Positions 20,874-31,271 are shown, counted from the first letter of the stretch. The stretch: DNA of 64,000 nucleotides from Desulfovibrio sp. (GCA_024699605.1 JAILPJ010000071.1:6882-70881), one strand, 5' to 3'. Notes: generated from the sequence alone by a model not told the origin. Made by a program: numbers and translations.

Positions 20874-21656
20874 ATGGACGATCTGAGCCACGACGACAAA
20901 ATGGCATTTGTGGAAAATCTGCCTGAGATTACGGCAGAAGAGCGTTTTTGTTTTGACTGCCATCCGCAGGTCCCCTGTTTCAATCAATGCTGTGCCGAGC
21001 TGACTCTGCCCCTGACCCCCTACGATATCATGCGCCTCTGCCGACATCTGGCCATGCCGAGCCAGGAATTTCTGACGACCTACACGGATATGCAGACCAT
21101 GCCAGAAACAGGGTTTCCCATGCATACCCTGAAGATGAACAGGGAACCCGGCGAGCCATGCCCTTTTGTCAGCCCCGTGGGTTGTCAGGTCTATGAGAAC
21201 AGGCCAAGCGCCTGTCGAGCCTATCCCCTCGGTCGCGGTACCAAATTGGGAGAACAGGGTATTGTCGAGCGTTTTTTCCTGGTGCACGAAGAGCATTGCC
21301 ACGGTTTTGACGAGGGCCACGAGCGCACACCAGCCGAATGGTTCGCCAATCAGGGACTGACCCCCTACAATGCTTCCAATGATCAGTACATGCGCCTGAT
21401 GAGTATGGTCCAGGCCAGTGGCAAACCTCTGGATCAACGCCTGCAGGCCATGAGTCGTCTCTGTCTCTTTCATCTTGACTCGTTTCGGCAGATGATTGAG
21501 AAAATGCGCATTTTTGCGCATCTCGACCTTGACGCTGAACGCAAAGCCCTGATTATGGAAGACAGTCTTGAAGGGGATAGCGCCTGTTTGGCCTTTGCCA
21601 TCGACTGGATGGAACTCGTCATCTTTGGACAGGCAGCGCATCTCAAGCGCAAATAG
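20874..21656 (+). CDS. YkgJ-like Cys-cluster (CxxxxxCxxxCC) protein
   Basis: FDCHPQVPCFNQCC, CPF...GCQVYENRPSACRAYP. Confidence 0.8.
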   Translation: MDDLSHDDKMAFVENLPEITAEERFCFDCHPQVPCFNQCCAELTLPLTPYDIMRLCRHLAMPSQEFLTTYTDMQTMPETGFPMHTLKMNREPGEPCPFVSPVGCQVYENRPSACRAYPLGRGTKLGEQGIVERFFLVHEEHCHGFDEGHERTPAEWFANQGLTPYNASNDQYMRLMSMVQASGKPLDQRLQAMSRLCLFHLDSFRQMIEKMRIFAHLDLDAERKALIMEDSLEGDSACLAFAIDWMELVIFGQAAHLKRK

Positions 21657-21822
21657 TCCAAGAGCCTGCCCTGATCGGGGCATAAGCACTTTTTTTCATA
21701 CGTATTTTGCAGCTGTCATGACCCCCTGAAATTTCCCGGACAGTTTGCAAAGTGATCTTTGAGGTTTGACTGGCAACTCGCCACTATGCTTTCACCATTT
21801 TCTTTGTAGACGGGAGGTCTGT

Positions 21823-23088
21823 ATGAATCTTGGGAGGCAGGTCTATCAATTTCTCCTTGCCGGTTCTCAAGCATATGCGAAATGGGATCTCGAAGTTTCC
21901 ACTTCGATTCTCAAAAACCGGAAAAAACTGCTGATTCTTTTGGCTCTGGCAGTGCCCGTGCTCGCCGGCTGTCTGGTTGAAGCCTTTGCCGAAGGCCACG
22001 AAATGCTCGGTGGCAAAGCGGCCTATGCACCAGCCTTTTATACCAGCACCATCTTTCTCGCTTCCATTGCCGTGGGTTTGGCCGCAGGCCTGATTACCGG
22101 CTGCATCGGCGCAGGCGGCGGTTTCATCATCACGCCGGCACTCATGGCTGTGGGTGTGAAAGGTATTTTGGCAGTGGGCACAGACCTTTTCCACATCTTT
22201 GCCAAAGCCATCATGGGGACCACCATCCATAAAAAGCTGGGTAATGTCTCGGCAAAACTGGCCATTGCCTTCCTTGTGGGCTCCATCGCTGGTACCTTTA
22301 TCGGCGGCTTTATCAACAAGGGTCTCTATAACAAAGATCCCCTGCTCTCCGAGCTCTTCATCAGCACCATCTATGCTCTGCTTCTGGGCTTTTTGGGCTT
22401 TTACGCCCTTTTTGATTTTCTGCGCGCCACCCGTGGCACAGCCGCTCAGACTCAGACCACACAAAACGCCAATGCCGGCCTGACCGGTCTTTCCGTAAAA
22501 ATGCAGAGCTTGAGTGTTCCGCCCATGATCACCTTTGACGAGGATCTGGTTCCCGGCGGCCGCCGCATTTCCGGCTGGATCGTAGCCGCAGGTGGTGTGA
22601 TTGTCGGACTTCTGGCTGCCATCATGGGCGTGGGCGGCGGCTTCGTGACATTCCCGATGTTCGTCTATGTCTTTGGTGTTTCCTCCATGACCACGGTGGG
22701 CACCGACATTCTGCAAATCATCTTTACCGCTGGTTTCGCGGCTGTTGGCCAGTACGCCATCTATGGCTATGTCTTCTATACCCTGGCTATTGGTATGCTT
22801 TTGGGTTCCCTGCTGGGAATTCAAATTGGCGCTCTGACCACCAAGGTCGTCAAGGGTGTCCATATCCGCGGTTTCTACGCCATGTCGATCATTGCCGGTT
22901 TCATCAACCGCGTTTCCGTTCTGCCGAAGAAGCTTGTGGAAATGGAAGTGCTCAATTGGAATCCCACTGTGGTCAATGCCATTGAGCAGGTCGGCAACTA
23001 TGTCTTCTGGGGCGTTGTGGCCTTCTTTGGCTTCTGGGTCTTCAGCAAGTTCTTTGTCAATCTCGGCAAACTCAGAGGGGAGGCCTAA
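21823..23088 (+). CDS. Long TauE/SafE-family membrane protein
   Basis: GCIGAGGGFIITP, AVGTDLFH, AIMGVGGGF, TVGTDILQ. GGAGG RBS. Confidence 0.85.
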   Translation: MNLGRQVYQFLLAGSQAYAKWDLEVSTSILKNRKKLLILLALAVPVLAGCLVEAFAEGHEMLGGKAAYAPAFYTSTIFLASIAVGLAAGLITGCIGAGGGFIITPALMAVGVKGILAVGTDLFHIFAKAIMGTTIHKKLGNVSAKLAIAFLVGSIAGTFIGGFINKGLYNKDPLLSELFISTIYALLLGFLGFYALFDFLRATRGTAAQTQTTQNANAGLTGLSVKMQSLSVPPMITFDEDLVPGGRRISGWIVAAGGVIVGLLAAIMGVGGGFVTFPMFVYVFGVSSMTTVGTDILQIIFTAGFAAVGQYAIYGYVFYTLAIGMLLGSLLGIQIGALTTKVVKGVHIRGFYAMSIIAGFINRVSVLPKKLVEMEVLNWNPTVVNAIEQVGNYVFWGVVAFFGFWVFSKFFVNLGKLRGEA

Positions 23089-23090
23089 TC

Positions 23091-23819
23091 ATGCTCATTC
23101 ACGAAAAGAAAGCCTTCGTACGCGGCAGTTTGATGATTCTGAGCTTTCTGGTGGTCTTCTGCCTCATTTTATCGCCAGTTTTTCATGATGAACACGGCAA
23201 CCCGCTGACAGGTCTGCAATTTGCCGACAATGTCTTTAACGAACTCTCCAAGGGTTCCTCCAATTTCATCCCCACCGTACGCGAACAGCTTAAAAGCGTG
23301 CAAGGCAAGAATGTAGACGTCACCGTCAAGCTCAAGAAGCCCGAAAAGGCAGCTCTGGCTGTCACGGTTCTGCAGAAAGCCGGCATTGAAGCCAAGGCTG
23401 ATGGCGCCCAGGTCAGCTATAAGGGTGATCTGGCCACGCTGCTGGCCAGCGTTGTGGACGACAGCGAACACCTCTACAACAACAACGACAAGGCCGTTTC
23501 TGAGAAATATGCCGGCGCCAAGGCTCTGGATGTCACCTCAGCTTGGTGGTACGTGCTTTCGCCCTCCATCAAGGAGCTGCAGAAAAAAGGCATGTTTGGT
23601 GAGGCCAAAGTCCTGGATCAGGTGATCCGCCGCGCCCTTGAGCCGGGTCACAACTTCTTCGGTGTGGAACCTGTGCACGTCAAAGATCACATTTTGCTTT
23701 TGACCTGCATGCTGGTCTTCTACATCCTTTACACCCTCTGGTACGGCTTTTCCATCTTCGAACTCTTTGAAGGCATTGGCCTGGCCATGACCAAGTCCAA
23801 GGTCAAGCAGGAAAGCTAA
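23091..23819 (+). CDS. Conserved membrane-anchored protein co-transcribed with the long TauE gene
   Basis: N- and C-terminal TM helices flank a soluble domain (ADNVFNELSKGSS). Starts 2 nt after the TauE stop, with a GGAGG RBS. Confidence 0.7.
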   Translation: MLIHEKKAFVRGSLMILSFLVVFCLILSPVFHDEHGNPLTGLQFADNVFNELSKGSSNFIPTVREQLKSVQGKNVDVTVKLKKPEKAALAVTVLQKAGIEAKADGAQVSYKGDLATLLASVVDDSEHLYNNNDKAVSEKYAGAKALDVTSAWWYVLSPSIKELQKKGMFGEAKVLDQVIRRALEPGHNFFGVEPVHVKDHILLLTCMLVFYILYTLWYGFSIFELFEGIGLAMTKSKVKQES

Positions 23820-23842
23820 ACGTCTCTCACTCGCATTTTTGC

Positions 23843-23872
23843 AAAGGACCGGGCTTTTGTGCCTGGTCCTTT
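23843..23872 (+). terminator. Intrinsic terminator
   Basis: AAAGGACCGGGC-ttttgt-GCCTGGTCCTTT. Confidence 0.65.
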
Positions 23873-23926
23873 GTCATTTTTCTGACAGAAAGGATTTCCG
23901 CAAGGCCGCACTTCGGTCGTAGTTTT

Positions 23927-23942
23927 TGGCATGGTCATTGCA
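23927..23942 (+). promoter_or_regulatory. Sigma-54 (-24/-12) promoter
   Basis: TGGCAT-GGTCA-TTGCA matches TGGCAC-N5-TTGC with exact GG/GC spacing, 56 nt upstream of the 84-aa ORF. Confidence 0.75.
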
Positions 23943-23998
23943 TTAAGGTAAGCAGAGTTTTTTCTTCAGCACTTTTTACCCTGCGGTGGAGGATTATT

Positions 23999-24253
23999 AT
24001 GAACATCTCAAGCATCGACAATGCCTATCTGACGGAACTCTATCTGCCTGAACGCGACGGTCACAACGGCTCAGCCCCGGTGGCACCTCAGGACATCGTC
24101 AATCTTTCAACCCTGCCGGATATGACCGATGAAGAAGTGGAAGGCTTGATGCAGGAAACCATTCAAATGATTGGCAGCGATTCGGTCAACGCCCTTTCCG
24201 TGCACAACGGTCTCGACGCCAACCGCGTCTTTGCCCTTCTTGGTATGGCCTAA
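23999..24253 (+). CDS. Small acidic hypothetical protein
   Basis: GGAGG RBS, upstream sigma-54 promoter, downstream GC hairpin (about 24285-24314). Confidence 0.75.
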   Translation: MNISSIDNAYLTELYLPERDGHNGSAPVAPQDIVNLSTLPDMTDEEVEGLMQETIQMIGSDSVNALSVHNGLDANRVFALLGMA

Positions 24254-24574
24254 TCACTCTACCCTCGTGCTGCAGGCAAGATTTGCCCCCCGACGCCGTG
24301 GCTGAGGGGGGCTTTGTCGTGGCTGAGCTTGCAGGTTTGCCGGCTTCTGTCTATATTCCCTCCAGATGAATCTAGAGATCAGCGCTTTTGCCAAGATCCC
24401 GCAACGATCAGCAGATCCTGAGCCTCTTGTCTGGCTCACAGGCCCCCATGCTGGACATAAACACAACACGAACTTTTGAACGGCACGTCCGTTCTCAGTC
24501 CAAAATGTACCTGATTCTGATCATGCTGGCCTTTTCTCCCGAAACCTCTTTTCCTCACCTCTACACTTCGTGAC

Positions 24575-26104
24575 ATGGCAGAAAACATCACACCGCACAC
24601 AGAAACAACGGACGCAGTCTTTTCAACGGCAGAGCTCTCTGTGCAACAGCCTGACCGAGCGCTCCCCCCTCTCACCACTGACGAGCTCCCTGAAGCTCTC
24701 AAACAAGGCCTTGCACGCTGTGGCTGGCAAAAAATCACACCCGTGCAGAGTTATGCGATCCCCTATCTCCTCAGACAACGCGATTTGATGATTCAGTCAC
24801 GCACAGGCAGCGGCAAGACAGGAGCCTATCTTCTGCCCATGCTCAACTTGCTCTCAGCCGCAAACAAAGCCGTGCAGCTGCTCATTCTCGTTCCCACCCG
24901 CGAACTGGCGGTGCAAGTCGAGCACGAGGCCCAAACGCTTTTTGCCCAAACCGGCTTAACGATCTGCTCCCTCTATGGCGGCGTAGGCTACAAAAAGCAG
25001 ATGCAAGCCCTGGAAACTGGCGTACAGATTGTTGTGGGCACACCAGGAAGAATTTTAGATCACCTTTTGCGCCACAGTCTCGACCTCTCAGCGCTTACGC
25101 AGCTCGTCTTCGATGAAGCTGACCGCATGCTCTCCATCGGTTTCTATCCTGACATGAAAGAGCTGCAACGCTTTTTGCCGGAGAAACGACTGCACACCAC
25201 ACTGCTTTCGGCCACATTTCCCCCTCATGTGGTTCAGCTGGCCAGTGAATTCATGCAACAACCCGACATGCTCTCCCTTTCCCACAAGGAAGTCCATGTA
25301 GCAAGCGTGCGGCACTGCTTCTGCCAAGTTTCCCGTATGGACAAGGACAGAGCCTTGATCCGTCTGCTGGAATCAGAAAACCCCGCTTCTGCCATCATTT
25401 TTTGTAATACCAAGGCCAATGTCGCGTACTTGGCCGAGGTCCTCAAAGGCTTTGGCTATCGGGCTGAAGGCCTGTCATCGGATCTCACACAACATCAACG
25501 CGAAGCGGTGCTTACACGCATCCGCAGCGGCGACCTGCCCTATCTGGTAGCCACTGATGTGGCCTCACGCGGCATCGATATCCCAGCCCTTTCCCACGTT
25601 TTTCTCTACGAACCGCCTGAGGACCGTGAAAGCTATATTCATCGCGCTGGTCGCACAGGTCGTCTGGATTGTGCCGGAACGGTGATTTCACTCACTGATG
25701 TCATGGAACAGATGGAGCTTGAGCGCATTGCTCGCTACTATCATATTCAGCTGCAACAGCTCGAAGTTCCAGACGATGCCAAAGTTGCCGATATTGTTGG
25801 GCAAAGATTGGCCACCCAACTTGAAAGCCGCTTTCGTACGCTGACCGGTCTTGAAAAGGAGCGTGCACGCAGGTATCGCCTCCTTGCCAAAAAGCTGAGC
25901 CAAGAAAATCTTGAAGAGAAAGATCACGAGGATCTCGACGGAATGGCTCTTTTGGCCATGCTGCTCGACGACTATCAGCAGCGAAGCAAACAGCAGCCCG
26001 CGCTGCTCCCCCAGGCGTCCACACAGACCAGGAAGAAGAATTCCAGACGGCGCAGACGCTCCCACAAGGGAACTGCTCCCAAAGAGACAAATGCATCAGC
26101 CTAA
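24575..26104 (+). CDS. DEAD-box RNA helicase
   Basis: TPVQ, TGSGKT, PTRELA, TPGR, DEAD, SAT, RGID, HRAGRTGR and a basic tail. Confidence 0.93.
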   Translation: MAENITPHTETTDAVFSTAELSVQQPDRALPPLTTDELPEALKQGLARCGWQKITPVQSYAIPYLLRQRDLMIQSRTGSGKTGAYLLPMLNLLSAANKAVQLLILVPTRELAVQVEHEAQTLFAQTGLTICSLYGGVGYKKQMQALETGVQIVVGTPGRILDHLLRHSLDLSALTQLVFDEADRMLSIGFYPDMKELQRFLPEKRLHTTLLSATFPPHVVQLASEFMQQPDMLSLSHKEVHVASVRHCFCQVSRMDKDRALIRLLESENPASAIIFCNTKANVAYLAEVLKGFGYRAEGLSSDLTQHQREAVLTRIRSGDLPYLVATDVASRGIDIPALSHVFLYEPPEDRESYIHRAGRTGRLDCAGTVISLTDVMEQMELERIARYYHIQLQQLEVPDDAKVADIVGQRLATQLESRFRTLTGLEKERARRYRLLAKKLSQENLEEKDHEDLDGMALLAMLLDDYQQRSKQQPALLPQASTQTRKKNSRRRRRSHKGTAPKETNASA

Positions 26105-26176
26105 GTGTTTTTGGACCGAAGCGATAAGCTTCCCTTCCCAAAGCCGCAAGACCCCATCGCCAACCACTCAACTCCC

Positions 26177-27106
26177 ATGCAGATTGCCCATACCCCTAAA
26201 GAACTCGCCGTATCCGGCCAGTCAGTGCTGACCATCGGCAATTTTGACGGTGTGCACAAAGGTCATCAGTCGCTCATTCTGCGCACCCTCGAAATAGCCA
26301 AAAAGCAGCAGATGACGAGTATTGTGGTGACGTTTTGGCCGCATCCTCGGCGAATCGTCCATCCTCAAAAACCACATTTTCCGCTCTCCACACGCCAAAA
26401 GCGTCTTGAGCTGCTGGCTGAACTGGGAGTGGACTGTGTCTTGGAACTCGACTTTACGCCGGAACTAGCCAGGCAAAGTCCAGAAGAATTTGTGCAAAAC
26501 TATCTTCTCGCCTTATCCCTACGGCACCTGGTGACAGGCTACGATTTTTGTCTGGGCCGTGGACGCAGCGGCCATACGGAAGAGCTGAGGGCTATCGGCG
26601 CGAAATATGGATTTCGCGTTGAGCAGATGCCGGCACTCAAGCAAGTAGACGATATTGTCAGCTCCACACGTCTCAGAGCCCTCATCGCCCAAGGCGATCT
26701 CATAAGCGCCAGTCAGTTGCTCGGGCGCCTCTACGAAATCGAAGGAGAAGTTATCCATGGTTTCGGCCGGGGTGAAAAGCTCGGTTTTCCCACAGCCAAT
26801 CTTGCGCCGCCTGATATCCTGCTACCGGCAAACGGTGTCTATGCGGCCTATGCCCGCTGCGCGGGCAGATACTGTCAGGCCCTCGTCAATATTGGTCACA
26901 ATCCAACCTTTGGCGAGCAACCCCTCTGTGTTGAAGCCTTTTTGCTCGAAAGCCAAGGCAGTCTTTATGGCCAAACGCTCAATCTAGCCTTTGTCAGCCG
27001 GCTGCGCGAAGAAATCCGTTTTGCCAGCCCCGCGGATCTCGTCAAGCAAATCGGTCTTGATCTGCAAAAGGCAAAAGCGATCTTTGCCCAAAGGCCAAAC
27101 CAATAG
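26177..27106 (+). CDS. ribF: Bifunctional riboflavin kinase/FAD synthetase
   Basis: TIGNFDGVHKGH, VSSTRLR, GFPTAN, GVYA, NIGHNPTF, EIRF. Start re-picked at MQIAH. Confidence 0.95.
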   Translation: MQIAHTPKELAVSGQSVLTIGNFDGVHKGHQSLILRTLEIAKKQQMTSIVVTFWPHPRRIVHPQKPHFPLSTRQKRLELLAELGVDCVLELDFTPELARQSPEEFVQNYLLALSLRHLVTGYDFCLGRGRSGHTEELRAIGAKYGFRVEQMPALKQVDDIVSSTRLRALIAQGDLISASQLLGRLYEIEGEVIHGFGRGEKLGFPTANLAPPDILLPANGVYAAYARCAGRYCQALVNIGHNPTFGEQPLCVEAFLLESQGSLYGQTLNLAFVSRLREEIRFASPADLVKQIGLDLQKAKAIFAQRPNQ

Positions 27107-27110
27107 CTGT

Positions 27111-27169
27111 GCAAAAATGCCGAAAGCCCCGCTGGTCTCGGTCGATCAGCGGGGCTTTCGGCGTTTTTG
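27111..27169. terminator. Long bidirectional terminator hairpin between ribF and fliS
   Basis: GCAAAAATGCCGAAAGCCCCGCTGGTC ... GATCAGCGGGGCTTTCGGCGTTTTTGC, a ~26-bp near-perfect inverted repeat. Confidence 0.75.
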
Positions 27170-27326
27170 CGATCAGTTTTCCGAAAAAGCCAAAAGGCAA
27201 GGCAGCAGAGCCCTTGGCAAAATTTCTTCCTTCTCTCGCCTCGTAATTTTGCGCGCAAAACAAGATAGATCCTCACACGAGGCCTTCGTTGCTCTTCGCC
27301 AGGGGAAAGCGCAAGTCAGAACAGCG

Positions 27327-27986
27327 CTACATCTGCCCGTATGAACGCAGACGATTTTGCATCATACCGTTCTGCATGCCAGGCTGAGAGACAAAATTCT
27401 GGGCGCTATAGGCAGCATTGGGCATAGCAGGCTGTGGCTGTTCCGCAGGGCTGGCAGGTGAAGCCTGCGACTGCATCATACGCCCATAGGCCGCACGCGC
27501 CTGCAGACCTGAAACCGGAGCGCCACTGCCTGATCCCGTCATCAACGGCTGAGCGCGCTTATTCACGGAAGCAACAGGCTGCATACGCTGAGAAATCTGC
27601 TGTACGGCACTCTTGGCCTCAGGACGGTTGACAATCTCAGCATAGGCACTGCGCAGACCTTCAATGATCTTGACAACGCTATCCAGCGCATTGAGATCGA
27701 GCTTGAGATTGGCCTGCAACAGTCTGGCTGTGCACAAGAAGTACAGATTGTTGAGATTGGTGGCTAGGCTGCCGCCTTTTTCCATGTTCAAGGATCCAGC
27801 CAGTTCGTTGATAATATCAATGACCTTAGAAATCAGCAGGCCTTTGGCGGCATAATCCTTGGCCAACATCTTCTCGCGCGCTTGTTGCAAAAACTTGAGC
27901 GCGCCATCATAGAGCATGATCAAAAGATGCCCTTGATCGGTGGTACTGACATTGGTCTTAAAATACGCGTGTGCTGCCTTGTTCAT
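27327..27986 (-). CDS. fliS: Flagellar chaperone FliS with C-terminal extension
   Basis: AYFKTNVSTTDQGHLLIMLYDGA, ELAGSLNMEKGG, NLNNLY, LRSAY, then ~90 aa rich in Q/P/A/S. Confidence 0.92.
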   Translation of the reverse strand: MNKAAHAYFKTNVSTTDQGHLLIMLYDGALKFLQQAREKMLAKDYAAKGLLISKVIDIINELAGSLNMEKGGSLATNLNNLYFLCTARLLQANLKLDLNALDSVVKIIEGLRSAYAEIVNRPEAKSAVQQISQRMQPVASVNKRAQPLMTGSGSGAPVSGLQARAAYGRMMQSQASPASPAEQPQPAMPNAAYSAQNFVSQPGMQNGMMQNRLRSYGQM

Positions 27987-28139
27987 AAGAAATCCTTTTC
28001 AGATGCTGCTGCACGCTCCTGTGCAGGCTTAAAAGTGGCGTAAAACCTCGTTTGTTCCCCCTAAGCGCATCAACTACGCTGAGAGTCCTCACTGACGGTT
28101 CGCGTCTTCCTCACTCTCCGCAAATACACCGTAACCTTG

Positions 28140-31100
28140 CTACTTACTATTACCAAGCTGCTTAATTTGAGCTTCTAATGATGTCTGTTCATCGTTGAGC
28201 TTACGCAATAATGTTTCCAGATTCGAAAAAACTTTCTTCTGCCGATTATACCAAGAATCAAGACGTTGTTGTTCTTTAGCGATGGACTTGTCAATATTTT
28301 CCATAATCCCCGCGTAATTGGCCTTAAGCGTCATCATGGCACCATTTTCACTCTTCAGTGAAAGCTGTGCTTCAATAATGTCGTCGGGGGCATTGGAACT
28401 GACATTGACTTTGTTAAAGACAAGTTCCTTGGAAAGGAAACTCTCCACTGTCTGCACCAGGCCCTGCTTAATGCGCACCTGGCCAGTATGGGTCCCTTCT
28501 GTCATGTCATCGATATTGATGGCCAGGCCTCGAGCTGCGCCGGCAGCACAGGTATAGTAATAGCCGCCGCGCGATTCGTCGCGCACGCAGGCCTCGCCAC
28601 CGATGGTCACATTGGCAATGTGGCCTGTGGCGTCCACATCATAGGAAACATCATAAATGCCGGCTTCCGTAATGCCAGAGACATGGCTATTGTAGCGAAA
28701 ATCTGCTGTCGTGGAGGTACCGGTCCCTTCCGAGACAAAGAAATCAACGAGATCCGAGATATGATTATTGAGCATATTCTCGTAGTTTTCTTCGTCCATG
28801 GTCTGCAGATAGTCAGATCTTGGGGCGATGACCAAGAGTCCGTAGGTTTGGCTGGTCGCATCGGTATCGGTCTTCACGCCGAGATTGGCCAGACACGAAA
28901 GCATATCACCTGAAAGCAGATCGTCGGCCGTGGCCATAGACTGAAAGCCGGGAGGAGTGCCCGTCACAACTTGCAAAAATCGTGACTTGACCAGTTGCAC
29001 GCCATAGTTACCCGTCAGCAGACCACCTTTTTCCGCCGTCAGAGTGGACTTGCTGTAATTGCTTGAGCCTTTGTCCTTCGGGTCGTTTGACGTTGTTTCC
29101 TTATCTTCATCCACCTTGCTCAGTTCATTGATGGTCATAATCACGGAATTGACCGCATCGAGGAAATTCTGAATAGACGTTTCCACTGAGGCCACATCCG
29201 TAGAAATGGTCAAATTGCTTTCACCGACACCGTGCAAGGTCAGGGAAACGCCGTCGAGCAGATCCGTGATGGTATTGGATTCCGACTGCATGGCCATGGG
29301 CCAGTTGTCAACCTGATAGATGGCATTGCTGGAATTGGTGATACTCCAATTGGAGGAGGAAACAATCTGACCGGCAAGGCCACTGCCTGTGAGCGACTGA
29401 AGATTGGAGACGTGGAGATAGGCCTCACCAGAAGTGGCCGCATCCACCCAGGCATTGCCCTCACTATCCAGTAAGGAAACCTCACTGCCTGTGCCGGCAA
29501 GCTGATTGGCGAGCTCAGCGGCAATTTCTTCCATGGTCGAGCCACTGGCCATGGAAAAAGCAATGGTTGAACCGTCATTTAGGACCATGGAATAGGACAA
29601 CTGTGGCGGTTCTTCCAAATAGCGGACAGGATTTCCTTCGCCATCGGTTGTGCTGTAAAACGATGAGCCGTCCATCTGCATGGTCACGTCACTCATCTTG
29701 GTGCTGAACCCTGAAGTTCCCTTGGCACCTGTGGAAAGATAGAAAGCCTTGACATTCTCCAGCGCAAGCACGGTATTGCCGTCACTGTCCGTACTTTCCT
29801 CAAAACTCTTGCCCTGGGCGGTCATGGCGGCCTTAATGGCGGCCAAAAGATCGTTGTTGGTCAGATCGCTCGTTAAGGGATTGCCATCGGCGGTTTCATC
29901 CACATAGATAGCACTGCCATCGGAGGAGACAATGGTATACCGCAAGGCCTCGCCACTGCCAGAGTCAGCGCCATCGATGCGTGAGGCCAGCTTGCCTGAA
30001 GAAAAGGTCACCTTGGTTGTGGCATCAGTAAGCGCGGCGCTCATGGCATCGGCTGTCCCTGTGGCCGCATAGCTTTCTTGCGCCAAACCCAGATCACTCA
30101 AATCATGACCAGCAACGGTAAGGCCAGCGATTTCGGAAAGCTTGACCTGATAGGTCCCAGCATTCTGCTTGACTTGGGCCGAACTTTGCAGCGACTGCTT
30201 GAGCTGATTCAAAAAATCCTGCTTGCTCGCAGAACTATCAAGAGAAAAGCTGCGGGTATTGCCGTCAGCTAGGGTTACAGTAAAATCAAGCGTTTCCGAG
30301 GGAGAAGAACTTAAGAGCTGCTCGCTCAAATCACTGCCTGCAGAGACCGTAAGTCCAGCCGGCGTATAAGAAGGCTTGCCCTCATAGCTGCGGCTTAGGG
30401 AGGTTATCCCGCCAATTACGAGATTGCCCGAAGCATCAAAACTTGTGGTCACAAGTCCCGCACCGGCAGCATTGGTCAGAGCCTGTGCGAGTTCCTGGTC
30501 TGTGGCGTCACCTTTGAGAGAGACGGAAATCTTCGTGCCGCTCTCCAGCGTTGCGGTATAGGTGTACTTGGTGGGATCCGTCACAGGCACAGTCATGTCA
30601 TAGCTTGAATTGGTACTCCAAACGGAAGTGGACTGCGTGACATCCATGCCCTCCAAGGCACAGCTATAAATGGTCAAAGAATTGGATTCACCGGTAGACT
30701 TGCCGGCAATCTGATAGACATAGCCATTGCCGGTATTAATCACCGAAAGATTGATGCCGGGATTCTTGGAGGAATTATTGATCATGCTGACAAAGGATTC
30801 CAGCGTCGTATTCGGCGCAATATCGTAAGAATAGTGCTTGCCAGCGTAATCAAAGGAGAAGGTGACGGTTTGGCCGGTCTTATTAATGATATCGGCCTTG
30901 TTTTCAAACACAGCGCCTGTATTGCACCAGATGGCGTTATTGGCCATCTGCGAAACCACAATCTTGTGCTGAGCGTCGGCCGCCGAACCCGTGGCCAAAG
31001 CGGTCAAGACCTTTTCGTCCGTGCTCAGGGAATTCTTGGTGACAAAGCTGTTGGGATTGCCAATGGCGGAAAGCATCTGCTTGGCCGCAGACATCTGATC

Positions 31101-31271
31101 GATGACCGTATTAAAGGCATCGTAGCGCAGCTGCCAGTCGCCCTTCCAGGCCTTCAACTGGTTCAGCTGTGTCTTTTCGACTGCATAGAGCTTCTCGAGC
31201 GTGGAATCGAAATCGGTATCCATACCGCTCAGGCCGGAAATGGCCGTGGAGCCCGAAATACTGATAGACAT
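28140..31271 (-). CDS. fliD: Flagellar filament cap protein FliD, unusually long (1043 aa)
   Basis: ISGLSGMDTD N-terminus, SESNTITDLLDGVSLTL, FLDAVNSV, C-terminal coiled coil, adjacency to fliS. Confidence 0.9.
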   Translation of the reverse strand: MSISISGSTAISGLSGMDTDFDSTLEKLYAVEKTQLNQLKAWKGDWQLRYDAFNTVIDQMSAAKQMLSAIGNPNSFVTKNSLSTDEKVLTALATGSAADAQHKIVVSQMANNAIWCNTGAVFENKADIINKTGQTVTFSFDYAGKHYSYDIAPNTTLESFVSMINNSSKNPGINLSVINTGNGYVYQIAGKSTGESNSLTIYSCALEGMDVTQSTSVWSTNSSYDMTVPVTDPTKYTYTATLESGTKISVSLKGDATDQELAQALTNAAGAGLVTTSFDASGNLVIGGITSLSRSYEGKPSYTPAGLTVSAGSDLSEQLLSSSPSETLDFTVTLADGNTRSFSLDSSASKQDFLNQLKQSLQSSAQVKQNAGTYQVKLSEIAGLTVAGHDLSDLGLAQESYAATGTADAMSAALTDATTKVTFSSGKLASRIDGADSGSGEALRYTIVSSDGSAIYVDETADGNPLTSDLTNNDLLAAIKAAMTAQGKSFEESTDSDGNTVLALENVKAFYLSTGAKGTSGFSTKMSDVTMQMDGSSFYSTTDGEGNPVRYLEEPPQLSYSMVLNDGSTIAFSMASGSTMEEIAAELANQLAGTGSEVSLLDSEGNAWVDAATSGEAYLHVSNLQSLTGSGLAGQIVSSSNWSITNSSNAIYQVDNWPMAMQSESNTITDLLDGVSLTLHGVGESNLTISTDVASVETSIQNFLDAVNSVIMTINELSKVDEDKETTSNDPKDKGSSNYSKSTLTAEKGGLLTGNYGVQLVKSRFLQVVTGTPPGFQSMATADDLLSGDMLSCLANLGVKTDTDATSQTYGLLVIAPRSDYLQTMDEENYENMLNNHISDLVDFFVSEGTGTSTTADFRYNSHVSGITEAGIYDVSYDVDATGHIANVTIGGEACVRDESRGGYYYTCAAGAARGLAINIDDMTEGTHTGQVRIKQGLVQTVESFLSKELVFNKVNVSSNAPDDIIEAQLSLKSENGAMMTLKANYAGIMENIDKSIAKEQQRLDSWYNRQKKVFSNLETLLRKLNDEQTSLEAQIKQLGNSK

